The notes: generated from the letters alone by a model not told the origin. DNA of 12,865 bases from Bdellovibrionia bacterium (GCA_049424145.1 JBMSSC010000080.1:1-12865); one strand, 5' to 3'. Shown: positions 1-7,115, numbered from the stretch's first letter. Numbers and translations: made by a program.

Positions 1-742
1 GGGTCGGTTCGTATGAGGCGCCGGTTGAAGGGGAATTGAGGAGTTTTTGGGTTTTTTCTGTGATGCTTGCTCCCTGCGAGAGATCGGGCTTCATGAGTTT
101 TGCGATTTGCTTTTCGCTCAGAGAGAGGGCTTGCAGGGTTTCTTCCATGAGTTTCTGATCGATTTGATTTGCGGCAAGGTTCCTGAGGTCGTCCCGATAG
201 AGAGTGGGGTATTTCTGGGCACGCTCAAACAGATTGCGTCCTTTTTCTGTGTCTAGGATTCCAGTTGCATTGCGACTGACTGAGCCCTCTTTTCTGCTTT
301 CGAAGAATGAAGCAAATTCTTTGGCAAGTTTGGGATTCAAGGTGACGCCATCTTTAGAGCCTTCGATTGCCTTGTTGAGTTCGGCCTTCAGAGATTCTTC
401 TTTTTGCAGTGAGGAAGCTTTTGAAAGGATGAGGCCTCCGGTAACACAAGTCCCGATGGCAGCAACGGCGTTGCCTAAAGATAGCTTGTAGAGTAATGCT
501 AAAGATGATCTAGGCATTTTGTGAAAGATGCCCATAAACCCCTGGTTATAAAAAGCTTGAGCACCTTTGAGGTGATTCTGGAGGCTGTTTTTATCGGTTT
601 CTATTTTAGCGTCCAAGTAGCTTTTCAGAGCCCCAGCTTGCGCTTGTGTCAGAGTCACGATGCTTGATTTTTCTCCCGCTCCAGTGTTGGTCCGATCTTT
701 AAAGGGCTCAAGTCTGAGCCACACTGGAAGTCGTTGAAGCAA
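1..742 (-). CDS. Hypothetical protein, 3'-truncated by the window edge; start uncertain (TTG 742, GTG 724, GTG 658, ATG 535 or ATG 517)
   Basis: Manual translation: the - strand frame is open from 766 (after TAG at 769-767) to position 1, about 255 codons. It reads ...VTLTQAQAGALKSYLDAKIETDKNSLQNHLKGAQAFYNQGFMGIFHKMPRSSLALLYKLSLGNAVAAIGTCVTGGLILSKASSLQKEESLKAELNKAIEG...EETLQALSLSEKQIAKLMKPD... with one hydrophobic segment followed by charged, helical-looking sequence. No family recognised. Confidence 0.7.
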   Translation of the reverse strand, partial: MLQRLPVWLRLEPFKDRTNTGAGEKSSIVTLTQAQAGALKSYLDAKIETDKNSLQNHLKGAQAFYNQGFMGIFHKMPRSSLALLYKLSLGNAVAAIGTCVTGGLILSKASSLQKEESLKAELNKAIEGSKDGVTLNPKLAKEFASFFESRKEGSVSRNATGILDTEKGRNLFERAQKYPTLYRDDLRNLAANQIDQKLMEETLQALSLSEKQIAKLMKPDLSQGASITEKTQKLLNSPSTGASYEPT

Positions 743-807
743 AAAAAAGTGGCGGGGGATTGCTCCCTAAGCTGAACTCGCTGTTTTGAAGGTTTGGCTA
801 AAGAAGC

Positions 808-836
808 TTGACTGATCGGATCTGTATTGCTAGAGG
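808..836 (+). promoter_or_regulatory. Putative sigma70-type promoter for the rpsP operon
   Basis: TTGACT (808-813), 17-nt spacer, extended TG (828-829), then TAGAGG (831-836), ending 23 nt before the rpsP ATG. The -10 lacks the final T. Confidence 0.55.
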
Positions 837-859
837 AGAGGGGAAAGGAAGATTTACAA

Positions 860-1102
860 ATGGCAGTTACTATCCGTCTATCTCGTCAAGGGGCAAAGAA
901 AAACCCTCAGTACCTCATCGTTGCAGTGGATTCCGCTAAGAAGCGAGACGGGGCTTACTTAGAAAATCTAGGCCACTACTTTCCAAAAGCGAAAGAAGCA
1001 AAAGAGAAGATTCAAGTCAATCAAGAAGCCGTGAAAGCCTGGATGGCCAAAGGGGCTCAAGTCTCACAAACCGTGGGACAACTCCTGAAAAACCTTGGAT
1101 AA
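860..1102 (+). CDS. rpsP: 30S ribosomal protein S16
   Basis: MAVTIRLSRQGAKKNPQYLIVAVDSAKKRDGAYLENLGHY...WMAKGAQVSQTV matches the S16 signature. ATG 860 follows AAGGA and is preferred over the TTG 827 start in the ORF track. Confidence 0.97.
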   Translation: MAVTIRLSRQGAKKNPQYLIVAVDSAKKRDGAYLENLGHYFPKAKEAKEKIQVNQEAVKAWMAKGAQVSQTVGQLLKNLG

Positions 1103-1287
1103 TCATCCAAGATTCGGATCATGTGGGGTTTCTTCTCCTGAGTTCATCAGGAGAGAAGCTCTAGGTCTGAGTTCCTAGGCCGAGCTTGTTCTTTGGATTC
1201 GGACTGGCGCGGTCTTTTGATCGGGGTAAGTCAAAAGAGGAAGTTTCTCTTGAAGTGATCTTCCCGAGGAGTGAAGGAGAGCGCAGG

Positions 1288-1566
1288 ATGTCAGAGTCTG
1301 TGAAATCAGGTGGATCAGGAAAAGCCCTGGGCGAGCTAGCAAAGATGATTGATTTTATTGCAAAAATGCTCGTCGATTTTCCTGACCAGGTCTGGGTTCG
1401 CGAGATTGAAGGGGAAAATACCACCGTGATTGAGCTGAAGGTGGCCAAAGAAGATTTAGGTAAAATCATTGGTAAACAGGGAAAAACGGCTCGATCCATT
1501 CGAACTCTGCTCAACGGGGCTTCAGCGAAGTTGAAAAAAAGAACGGTTCTGGAGATTCTGGAATAA
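1288..1566 (+). CDS. khpA: KH-domain RNA-binding protein KhpA (YlqC family)
   Basis: IAKMLVDFPDQV...ELKVAKEDLGKIIGKQGKTARSIRTLL contains the KH GxxG loop. It sits in the canonical position after rpsP. AAGGAG precedes ATG 1288. Confidence 0.93.
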   Translation: MSESVKSGGSGKALGELAKMIDFIAKMLVDFPDQVWVREIEGENTTVIELKVAKEDLGKIIGKQGKTARSIRTLLNGASAKLKKRTVLEILE

Positions 1567-1570
1567 ATCG

Positions 1571-2335
1571 GTGGTTTCCTCTGAAAATCGACTTCAAATT
1601 CATTTCTTAACTCTCTTTCCTGGGATGTTTGATCCCATCTTAAGTGCAAGCCTGCTGGGGAAAGCTCAGGCTCAGGGCTTGGTTTCTTATCATATTCACT
1701 CGATTCGAGATTATGCTTTAGATAAGCATCGCTCCGTGGATGAAGCTCCCTATGGTGGGGGAGAGGGGATGCTTTTGAAGGTGGATGTCCTGTATCGCGC
1801 TTGGCGAGCCGTGCTCCCCAATCTTCCCGAGCCTCCCGTTGGAGGAATAGGCCAGCCTACTTCTCGAAGTCCCGATTCGCGGGTCAGAACCGTGCTTCTT
1901 TCTCCTCAAGGAAAAGTATTGACTCAGTCGTTGGCAAAGGAGCTTTCACAGCTTTCTCAGTTGGTGCTCGTCTGCGGCCATTACGAAGGGGTGGATCAAC
2001 GATTTTTAGACCTGTGTGTGGATCAGGAGATCTCCATTGGGGATTATGTCTTAACGGGGGGCGAGCTTCCTTCCATGGTGCTTGCCGATTGTGTCACGCG
2101 ACTCCTTCCTGGAGTCGTAGGAAATGAAGCGTCAGTCACTCAGGATAGCCTCGAGGGAGGGCTTCTTAAGTACCCTCAGTACACAAGGCCTGCTCAGTTT
2201 CATGGACTTAGTGTTCCCCCTATTCTGATGAGTGGCAATCATCCCGCCATTGCTTCGTTTCGAGAGCAAGAGGCTCAGCGAGTCACGCGGCTCAAACGCC
2301 CCGATCTTTGGGAGCAATTCAAAAAAAGCCGTTGA
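1571..2335 (+). CDS. trmD: tRNA (guanine37-N1)-methyltransferase TrmD
   Basis: Motifs LTLFPGMF, VDEAPYGGGEGM, LLSPQG, CGHYEGVDQR, EISIGDYVLTGGELP, PQYTRP, SGNH and RPDL are all present. GTG start 4 nt after the khpA stop. Confidence 0.97.
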   Translation: MVSSENRLQIHFLTLFPGMFDPILSASLLGKAQAQGLVSYHIHSIRDYALDKHRSVDEAPYGGGEGMLLKVDVLYRAWRAVLPNLPEPPVGGIGQPTSRSPDSRVRTVLLSPQGKVLTQSLAKELSQLSQLVLVCGHYEGVDQRFLDLCVDQEISIGDYVLTGGELPSMVLADCVTRLLPGVVGNEASVTQDSLEGGLLKYPQYTRPAQFHGLSVPPILMSGNHPAIASFREQEAQRVTRLKRPDLWEQFKKSR

Positions 2336-2949
2336 ATTGGCTCTGGAAAAGTGATAGCCCCTTAGACCTCGTGTTTGACTCAGTCTACATTGCTTTACTT
2401 CATTACCCCATTCAGAATCGGAACGGGGCTTTGGTCACTACTGCAGTCACCAATATGGATGTCCATGACATTTCTCGTTCAGCTCGAACGTACGGAATGA
2501 AAGGGTATTTTATTGTGACTCCGATTGAGGATCAACACGGGTTAATTGGGCGAATCTTAGGGCATTGGAAAACCGATGAATCCCGTAAGGAACATCCAGA
2601 CCGAGTTGAGGCGCTTTCTCTGGTTCAGTTGGTTCGCTCTTTTGAGGACGTCAAAGCGTCAATCCGAAGCCTGCATGGAGAAGACCCAGAAGTGGTTTTA
2701 ACCGATGCAAGGCCCTTACCTCACTCGGTGAGCTATGATGAGTATCGAGCCGAGCTCAAGGCTCGTCCAAGCTCAGGAAAACCCGTAGTCCTGGTTTTTG
2801 GGACGGGGTGGGGAATTTCGGAAGTCTTCTATCCCGAGGTGCACCGGATTCTGGCTCCGGTGTACGGGCCAGGAGGCTTTGGAGGGTATAATCACCTCTC
2901 GGTTCGATCAGCGGTTGCGATTATTCTAGACCGTTTATTTGGAACCTAA
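2332..2949 (+). CDS. SPOUT-class SAM-dependent RNA methyltransferase, Tm1570/DUF2168-like
   Basis: YIALLHYP..N, TTAVTNMDVHDISRSARTYG, FGTGWG and YNHLSVRSAVAIILDRL are characteristic, and the location between trmD and rplS is typical. Start is uncertain: TTG 2332 (TTGA overlap with the trmD stop) or GTG 2371. Confidence 0.88.
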   Translation: MNWLWKSDSPLDLVFDSVYIALLHYPIQNRNGALVTTAVTNMDVHDISRSARTYGMKGYFIVTPIEDQHGLIGRILGHWKTDESRKEHPDRVEALSLVQLVRSFEDVKASIRSLHGEDPEVVLTDARPLPHSVSYDEYRAELKARPSSGKPVVLVFGTGWGISEVFYPEVHRILAPVYGPGGFGGYNHLSVRSAVAIILDRLFGT

Positions 2950-3178
2950 ACCGGCTTGATTTTTTATCTCAGGGTAAAAAAAACAAGTGTCAAAATGCCA
3001 GTCGTTCAATGGGATGAAATTTAAACTCGATTGAGCCCCAAGGGGGTGAGCATCGAGAGAGTGAACTGAAGTCGAAGAGGCGTGATTCCGTTTGTTCGAG
3101 AGTCCTTTCACTGGTGAATTCATCCGAATTCAATGAAGACATTTTGTTTTTATTGAATCCTCGTTTAAGGAAACCATC

Positions 3179-3631
3179 ATGGCGACCACTAAAACTAAGT
3201 ACAGAAGAACCTCAAAAGGAACCGTAGTCTCTCAACGAGGCTTAATGGATCGAGTTGCGTTAGTCGAAAAAGCAATGCTCCGTCCTGAGCTGCCTCAGTA
3301 CCAAGCCGGTGATACGGTGAAAGTTCACGTAAAAATTAAAGAAGGGGAAAAGGAGCGGATTCAGGTTTTCGAAGGCATCCTGATTGCTCGATCCAATCGT
3401 GGCGCCAGTCGTTCGTTCACGGTTCGTAAGATCTCCCATGGCGTAGGCGTGGAGAGAATTTTCCTCGAGTCCTCTCCTAAAGTCGCAAAGCTCGAAGTGG
3501 TCCAAAGCGGTCGCGTTCGTCGTGCGAAGCTGTACTACTTAAGGGCTTTAGAAGGAAAAGCCGCTCGTGTGGATCGCGAAGTGGAAACCTTAGCTGCAGC
3601 CGCTCAATCCGCAAGCGCCAAGAAGCAGTAA
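3179..3631 (+). CDS. rplS: 50S ribosomal protein L19
   Basis: [39 protein letters not shown] and [18 protein letters not shown] precedes ATG 3179; alternative start at ATG 3245. Confidence 0.97.
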   Translation: MATTKTKYRRTSKGTVVSQRGLMDRVALVEKAMLRPELPQYQAGDTVKVHVKIKEGEKERIQVFEGILIARSNRGASRSFTVRKISHGVGVERIFLESSPKVAKLEVVQSGRVRRAKLYYLRALEGKAARVDREVETLAAAAQSASAKKQ

Positions 3632-3648
3632 GTTTCTCTCGGAATTTA

Positions 3649-3718
3649 AAAAACAGCAAAGGTAGGTCCAGCTCCTCAAGTGAGCAAGAAACCTGTCTTT
3701 GCTGTTTTTCTTTTTTTT
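3649..3718 (+). terminator. Probable intrinsic terminator after rplS (long stem)
   Basis: AAAAACAGCAAAGGTAGGT (3649-3667) pairs with ACCTGTCTTTGCTGTTTTT (3691-3709): 19 bp including two G-U pairs, with an internal GCTC/GAGC mini-hairpin. Followed by C and T8. Confidence 0.75.
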
Positions 3719-3828
3719 ATTATATCTCTCTTTTTTTTCGATTCTCTTCAATGGTGCTCTTCCGGCTTGAGCTAAAACCTAGCGACCTCCACGAAGAGGA
3801 GTCTCAGGCCTTTGGAAAGGGAATGCAA

Positions 3829-4626
3829 ATGCCTCATTCGCACAAACCTTCATCATCGGAGTGGTCCTGGCCTACGCTCACGTATGAGGTCAATGCCGGT
3901 TATCCCCGGTGTCAACTCATGGGAGTCGATGAAGTGGGTCGCGGCTGCATTGCAGGGCCCGTGGTTGCTGCCGCTGCCATGTTACCCCAAGATCTCGCCT
4001 GGGATCAAAACCCTTGGCTCACTCAGGTCACCGATAGTAAAGCCCTCAGCCCCGAAAAGCGGGATCAGCTAGCTCCGCAAATTGCCCAGTGGCTTCAAGC
4101 CAGTGCGATTGGAGTGGCCAGTGTCGAGGAAATCGATCAAATCAATATCTTTCATGCCTCCCATCTGGCTATGATTCGAGCCGTCAAGGCATTAGAACCC
4201 CTCTGGATTCATCAGTCGCAGGTCCATTTGCTCGTGGATGGAAAGTTTTTACCCAAAACGGGCTTCTTTGGACTTCCCACTCAGGCTGTCATTCAAGGGG
4301 ATCTGAAATGCCTCAGCATCGCTTGTGCCTCGATTTTAGCTAAAGTCTGGAGGGATCAGCACCTCACAGAGTTCGAGCAAGCGTATCCAGGCTATGGCTT
4401 CGCTCAGCACAAAGGCTATCCCACCCCTCAGCATACCCGGGCCTTAAAATCTCTCGGGGTGACTCCCATTCATCGAAAGTCTTTTAAAACGGTTCAAGCC
4501 GTGATTGAACTGGGGTTGACCACCCACTTGAATTCATCCGGACGCTCCAAGTCAACTTCACTTGGACGAAACGGCTCAGTCGGTGTTGAAACAACCATCA
4601 TGAGAAACGAGGAAGACCATGCGTGA
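3829..4626 (+). CDS. rnhB: Ribonuclease HII
   Basis: GVDEVGRGCIAGPVV, DSK, LVDG, GD..ASILAKVWRD, HKGYPT and IHRKSF motifs. ATG 3829 lies 6 nt after AAGGGA and is preferred over ATG 3751. Carries a C-terminal tail of about 35 aa. Confidence 0.95.
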   Translation: MPHSHKPSSSEWSWPTLTYEVNAGYPRCQLMGVDEVGRGCIAGPVVAAAAMLPQDLAWDQNPWLTQVTDSKALSPEKRDQLAPQIAQWLQASAIGVASVEEIDQINIFHASHLAMIRAVKALEPLWIHQSQVHLLVDGKFLPKTGFFGLPTQAVIQGDLKCLSIACASILAKVWRDQHLTEFEQAYPGYGFAQHKGYPTPQHTRALKSLGVTPIHRKSFKTVQAVIELGLTTHLNSSGRSKSTSLGRNGSVGVETTIMRNEEDHA

Positions 4627-5047
4627 TCAGATTCAAAAAGGAGTGGAGTTTTTAAAGGAAGACGTCTCGAAGCTTTTACTGCGTCTGGGAACAGGCGGTA
4701 TGATGCTGCCTCATGGAATCGCTAAGCTCACGGCAGGCTTAGAATTCATTCGAACTTCATTGACTCAGGTGGGATTGCCCGAGTTTTTAGCCCCCGCCGT
4801 GTTTATTGGAGAATTAGTGGCGCCCCTGGGCTTGATCTTAGGGTTTGGGACTCGCATCTCAGGCCTCATTTTAGCCACCAATATGGTCTTTACTCTTTTC
4901 TTAGCTCATCGCGATTCCCTCTTCAAACTCAATGAGTATGGGGGTTGGGATATTGAGCTCAACGTCTTTTATCTCATCTGTGGACTCGTTTTAGCACTCA
5001 TCGGGGGAGGCCGAATCGCAGTGAAGCGATCGGGACTTTTGAGTTAG
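4619..5047 (+). CDS. DoxX-family membrane protein
   Basis: LLLRLGTGGMMLPHGIAKL, GELVAPLGLILGFGTR and C-terminal GGGRIAV, with about four hydrophobic segments. GAGGA RBS; 8-nt overlap with rnhB. Confidence 0.85.
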   Translation: MRDQIQKGVEFLKEDVSKLLLRLGTGGMMLPHGIAKLTAGLEFIRTSLTQVGLPEFLAPAVFIGELVAPLGLILGFGTRISGLILATNMVFTLFLAHRDSLFKLNEYGGWDIELNVFYLICGLVLALIGGGRIAVKRSGLLS

Positions 5048-5127
5048 GCAGTCCAACTTGAGTTGAGTTTTAAACACAACAGTTCGATCGACAAGAAAGG
5101 AAGCCTAGCACAGGCTTTAGCCTCAGT

Positions 5128-6159
5128 ATGAAGAAGTGGTCACGGTTTTCTGCTTGGTTTTCTGATGGAGTCTTAGTCTATACCCTAGGGGTCATTCTCT
5201 GGGGTGCGTTTGTGCGGGCAACGGGATCGGGCGCAGGCTGCGGACGTCACTGGCCCTTGTGCAACGGGGAGGTGTTTCCGCGGGCAAAACAAGTGGAGAC
5301 CTGGATTGAGTTCTCTCATCGGTTCACCTCGGGGCTGAACCTCGTGCTCATCCTCCTTCTTGCGGCGAGCGTATTTCGGCTCTACCCTAAGGGAAGTCTC
5401 GTGCGAAAAGCAGCCAGCTTCTCCGTACTCTTCATTTTAGGAGAGGCTCTCATTGGCGCAGGCTTGGTCCTCTTTGGTTTGGTGACTCACGATCAATCAG
5501 CGGCACGAGCCATCTCCCTGGGACTGCACTTAGGCAATACTTTTTTGCTCACCGGATCCCTTGTTCTGATCTGTCGTTGGTCCCGAGTGAAAAGTCCTAG
5601 GTTTTCTCTCCCGCGACTGGGGAGCGGGGGCTGGGCCGCCTGGATGGCCCTAGTCAGTACGTTTTTGGTGGGAGTGAGTGGGGCTGTGACTGCTTTAGGA
5701 GACACCCTTTGGCCTGCCGCATCAGGCGGGTTGGCTGAAGGGTTGAAGGCTGATTTCTCTCCGCTTGCGCCCCTGCTTTTAAAGCTTCGAGTGATTCATC
5801 CCGTGGCAGCCATTTTAACCGGCGTAGGCCTCGTGTTCTGGGCGTCGCCTCAGGTTTTTACACCACCCACTGCGTCTTCCCTGAGCGCAAAGCGGTCGCA
5901 GCGTTTAGGAATGCTTCTTCTTTTTTTCGTCCTGTTTCAGCAAGCCTTAGGGTTTTTAAATCTCGTCCTCCTCGTTCCCATCTGGACGCAGCTCACTCAC
6001 CTGGGGGTTGCGAATCTGCTGTGGTTGGTTTTGGTTCTTTTTTTTGAAAGTCGATTTTCAAAAGACGAGTCTGACTTTGGGCTGGAGGACCAATCCCTGA
6101 ATCGGGATTTCGGTTTTTTCAGTCAATTCAAGCGTGCTTCCCGAGGAGAGGTTCATTGA
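5128..6159 (+). CDS. ctaA: Heme A synthase, CtaA/COX15 family
   Basis: WGAFVRATGSGAGCGRHWPLCNG (extracytoplasmic Cys pair), WIEFSHR, and further His residues in membrane helices (GLHLG, VIHPV, LTHLG); about eight hydrophobic segments. Confidence 0.88.
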   Translation: MKKWSRFSAWFSDGVLVYTLGVILWGAFVRATGSGAGCGRHWPLCNGEVFPRAKQVETWIEFSHRFTSGLNLVLILLLAASVFRLYPKGSLVRKAASFSVLFILGEALIGAGLVLFGLVTHDQSAARAISLGLHLGNTFLLTGSLVLICRWSRVKSPRFSLPRLGSGGWAAWMALVSTFLVGVSGAVTALGDTLWPAASGGLAEGLKADFSPLAPLLLKLRVIHPVAAILTGVGLVFWASPQVFTPPTASSLSAKRSQRLGMLLLFFVLFQQALGFLNLVLLVPIWTQLTHLGVANLLWLVLVLFFESRFSKDESDFGLEDQSLNRDFGFFSQFKRASRGEVH

Positions 6160-7115
6160 AAAAAGACCAAACGCTTCCCCCAGGACTTTGGGTCGTGGCC
6201 ACTCCTTTGGGCAACTTGCTGGACTTTTCTCCTCGAGGACGTATGGCTTTAGAGAAAGCGCATTGGATTCTCTGTGAGGACACGCGAAGAAGCGCGCAGC
6301 TGCTCAGTTCATTTGGGATTGCAGCCGAGCATCGCCTCAAGCGGCTCGATGCGCATACGGAAGCCAAGCAGACTCCTTTTTGGATCGATCAATTAAAGCA
6401 GGGGGCGAGCCTTGCTTTGGTCTCCGATGCTGGCACCCCCTCGGTCAGTGATCCAGGCTCCATTTTGGTGGCTCATTGTCATGAGCAGGGCATTCGAGTG
6501 ACGCCCATTCCCGGAGCCTCCTCCGCCACCACTCTTCTTTCCGTCTGTGGGTTTTCAGCTCAAGGATTTACGTTTCGTGGCTTCTTTCCTCGTGAGTCAT
6601 CGGCGCAACGCGAGGAGATTGAGCAGGCGCGCAGTTTGAGTGCTTCTGGACTTTCCGTTTGGATTTGGTTTGAAAGTCCAAGGCGAATTGAAGCTGCTCT
6701 TCAGCAAATCGCTTTGCTCTGTGATTCGAACACTGCTCCGAGTTCGTTTGAGGCGGTGGCTGAAAACTCCCCTGTTCGCCTCGTGGTAGGCAAAGAATTG
6801 ACGAAGCTTCATGAAAAGCTCTTTGTAGGAACACCCTCCCAAGTGCTTGCCCAAGTGAGTCAGGAGTTGAAAACGTCAGGGGAGATTGGGGAGTGGTGTT
6901 TTTCTCTGTGTTTTCAACAAGAAAAGAAAGTCTTGTCACCGCAGGAGGATTGGGAGGAGTCTCAACCGGTTTTTCAGGCTCTGATTTGTTTGCAGAAAGC
7001 CTCCGTTTCAGCCTCCGAAACAGCTCGGATTTTGAGCCAACAATTTGGCGTTCCTAAGAATTTTTGCTATCAAAAAGTTATTCAGTATTATCAGTATAAA
7101 AAAACTGAAAAATAA
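6156..7115 (+). CDS. rsmI: 16S rRNA (cytidine1402-2'-O)-methyltransferase RsmI
   Basis: LWVVATPLGNL, CEDTRRS, LVSDAGTPSVSDPG, PIPGAS, FESPRR and KELTKLHE motifs. TTG start in a TTGA overlap with the ctaA stop, preceded by GAGGAGAGG. Confidence 0.93.
   Translation: MKKDQTLPPGLWVVATPLGNLLDFSPRGRMALEKAHWILCEDTRRSAQLLSSFGIAAEHRLKRLDAHTEAKQTPFWIDQLKQGASLALVSDAGTPSVSDPGSILVAHCHEQGIRVTPIPGASSATTLLSVCGFSAQGFTFRGFFPRESSAQREEIEQARSLSASGLSVWIWFESPRRIEAALQQIALLCDSNTAPSSFEAVAENSPVRLVVGKELTKLHEKLFVGTPSQVLAQVSQELKTSGEIGEWCFSLCFQQEKKVLSPQEDWEESQPVFQALICLQKASVSASETARILSQQFGVPKNFCYQKVIQYYQYKKTEK

Noticed and set aside
47..491. + strand ORFs 47..256 and 204..491
   Set aside because: Antisense shadows of the longer - strand frame, with weak starts and no recognisable motifs.
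749..800. CCGCCA on the - strand resembling a tRNA or tmRNA 3' end
   Set aside because: No T-loop GTTCRA and no cloverleaf upstream; better explained as a terminator arm.
827..1287. Longer N-termini for S16 (TTG 827) and KhpA (TTG 1186) in the ORF track
   Set aside because: Downstream ATGs at 860 and 1288 have SD sequences and family-typical starts; TTG 827 lies inside the putative promoter.
1161..1649. 162-aa - strand ORF antisense to khpA/trmD
   Set aside because: Overlaps two conserved genes on the opposite strand and has no family motifs.
1810..1890. Pro/Gly/Ser-rich insert in TrmD (LPNLPEPPVGGIGQPTSRSPDS)
   Set aside because: Falls in the variable loop before the LSPQG motif; too short for an intein and lacks splice-junction residues.
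5048..5127. Alternative small hairpins before ctaA (AAGCCT/AGGCTT versus AGGCT/AGCCT) as a possible switch
   Set aside because: Stems of only 5-6 bp, no aptamer-like sequence and no SD to sequester.
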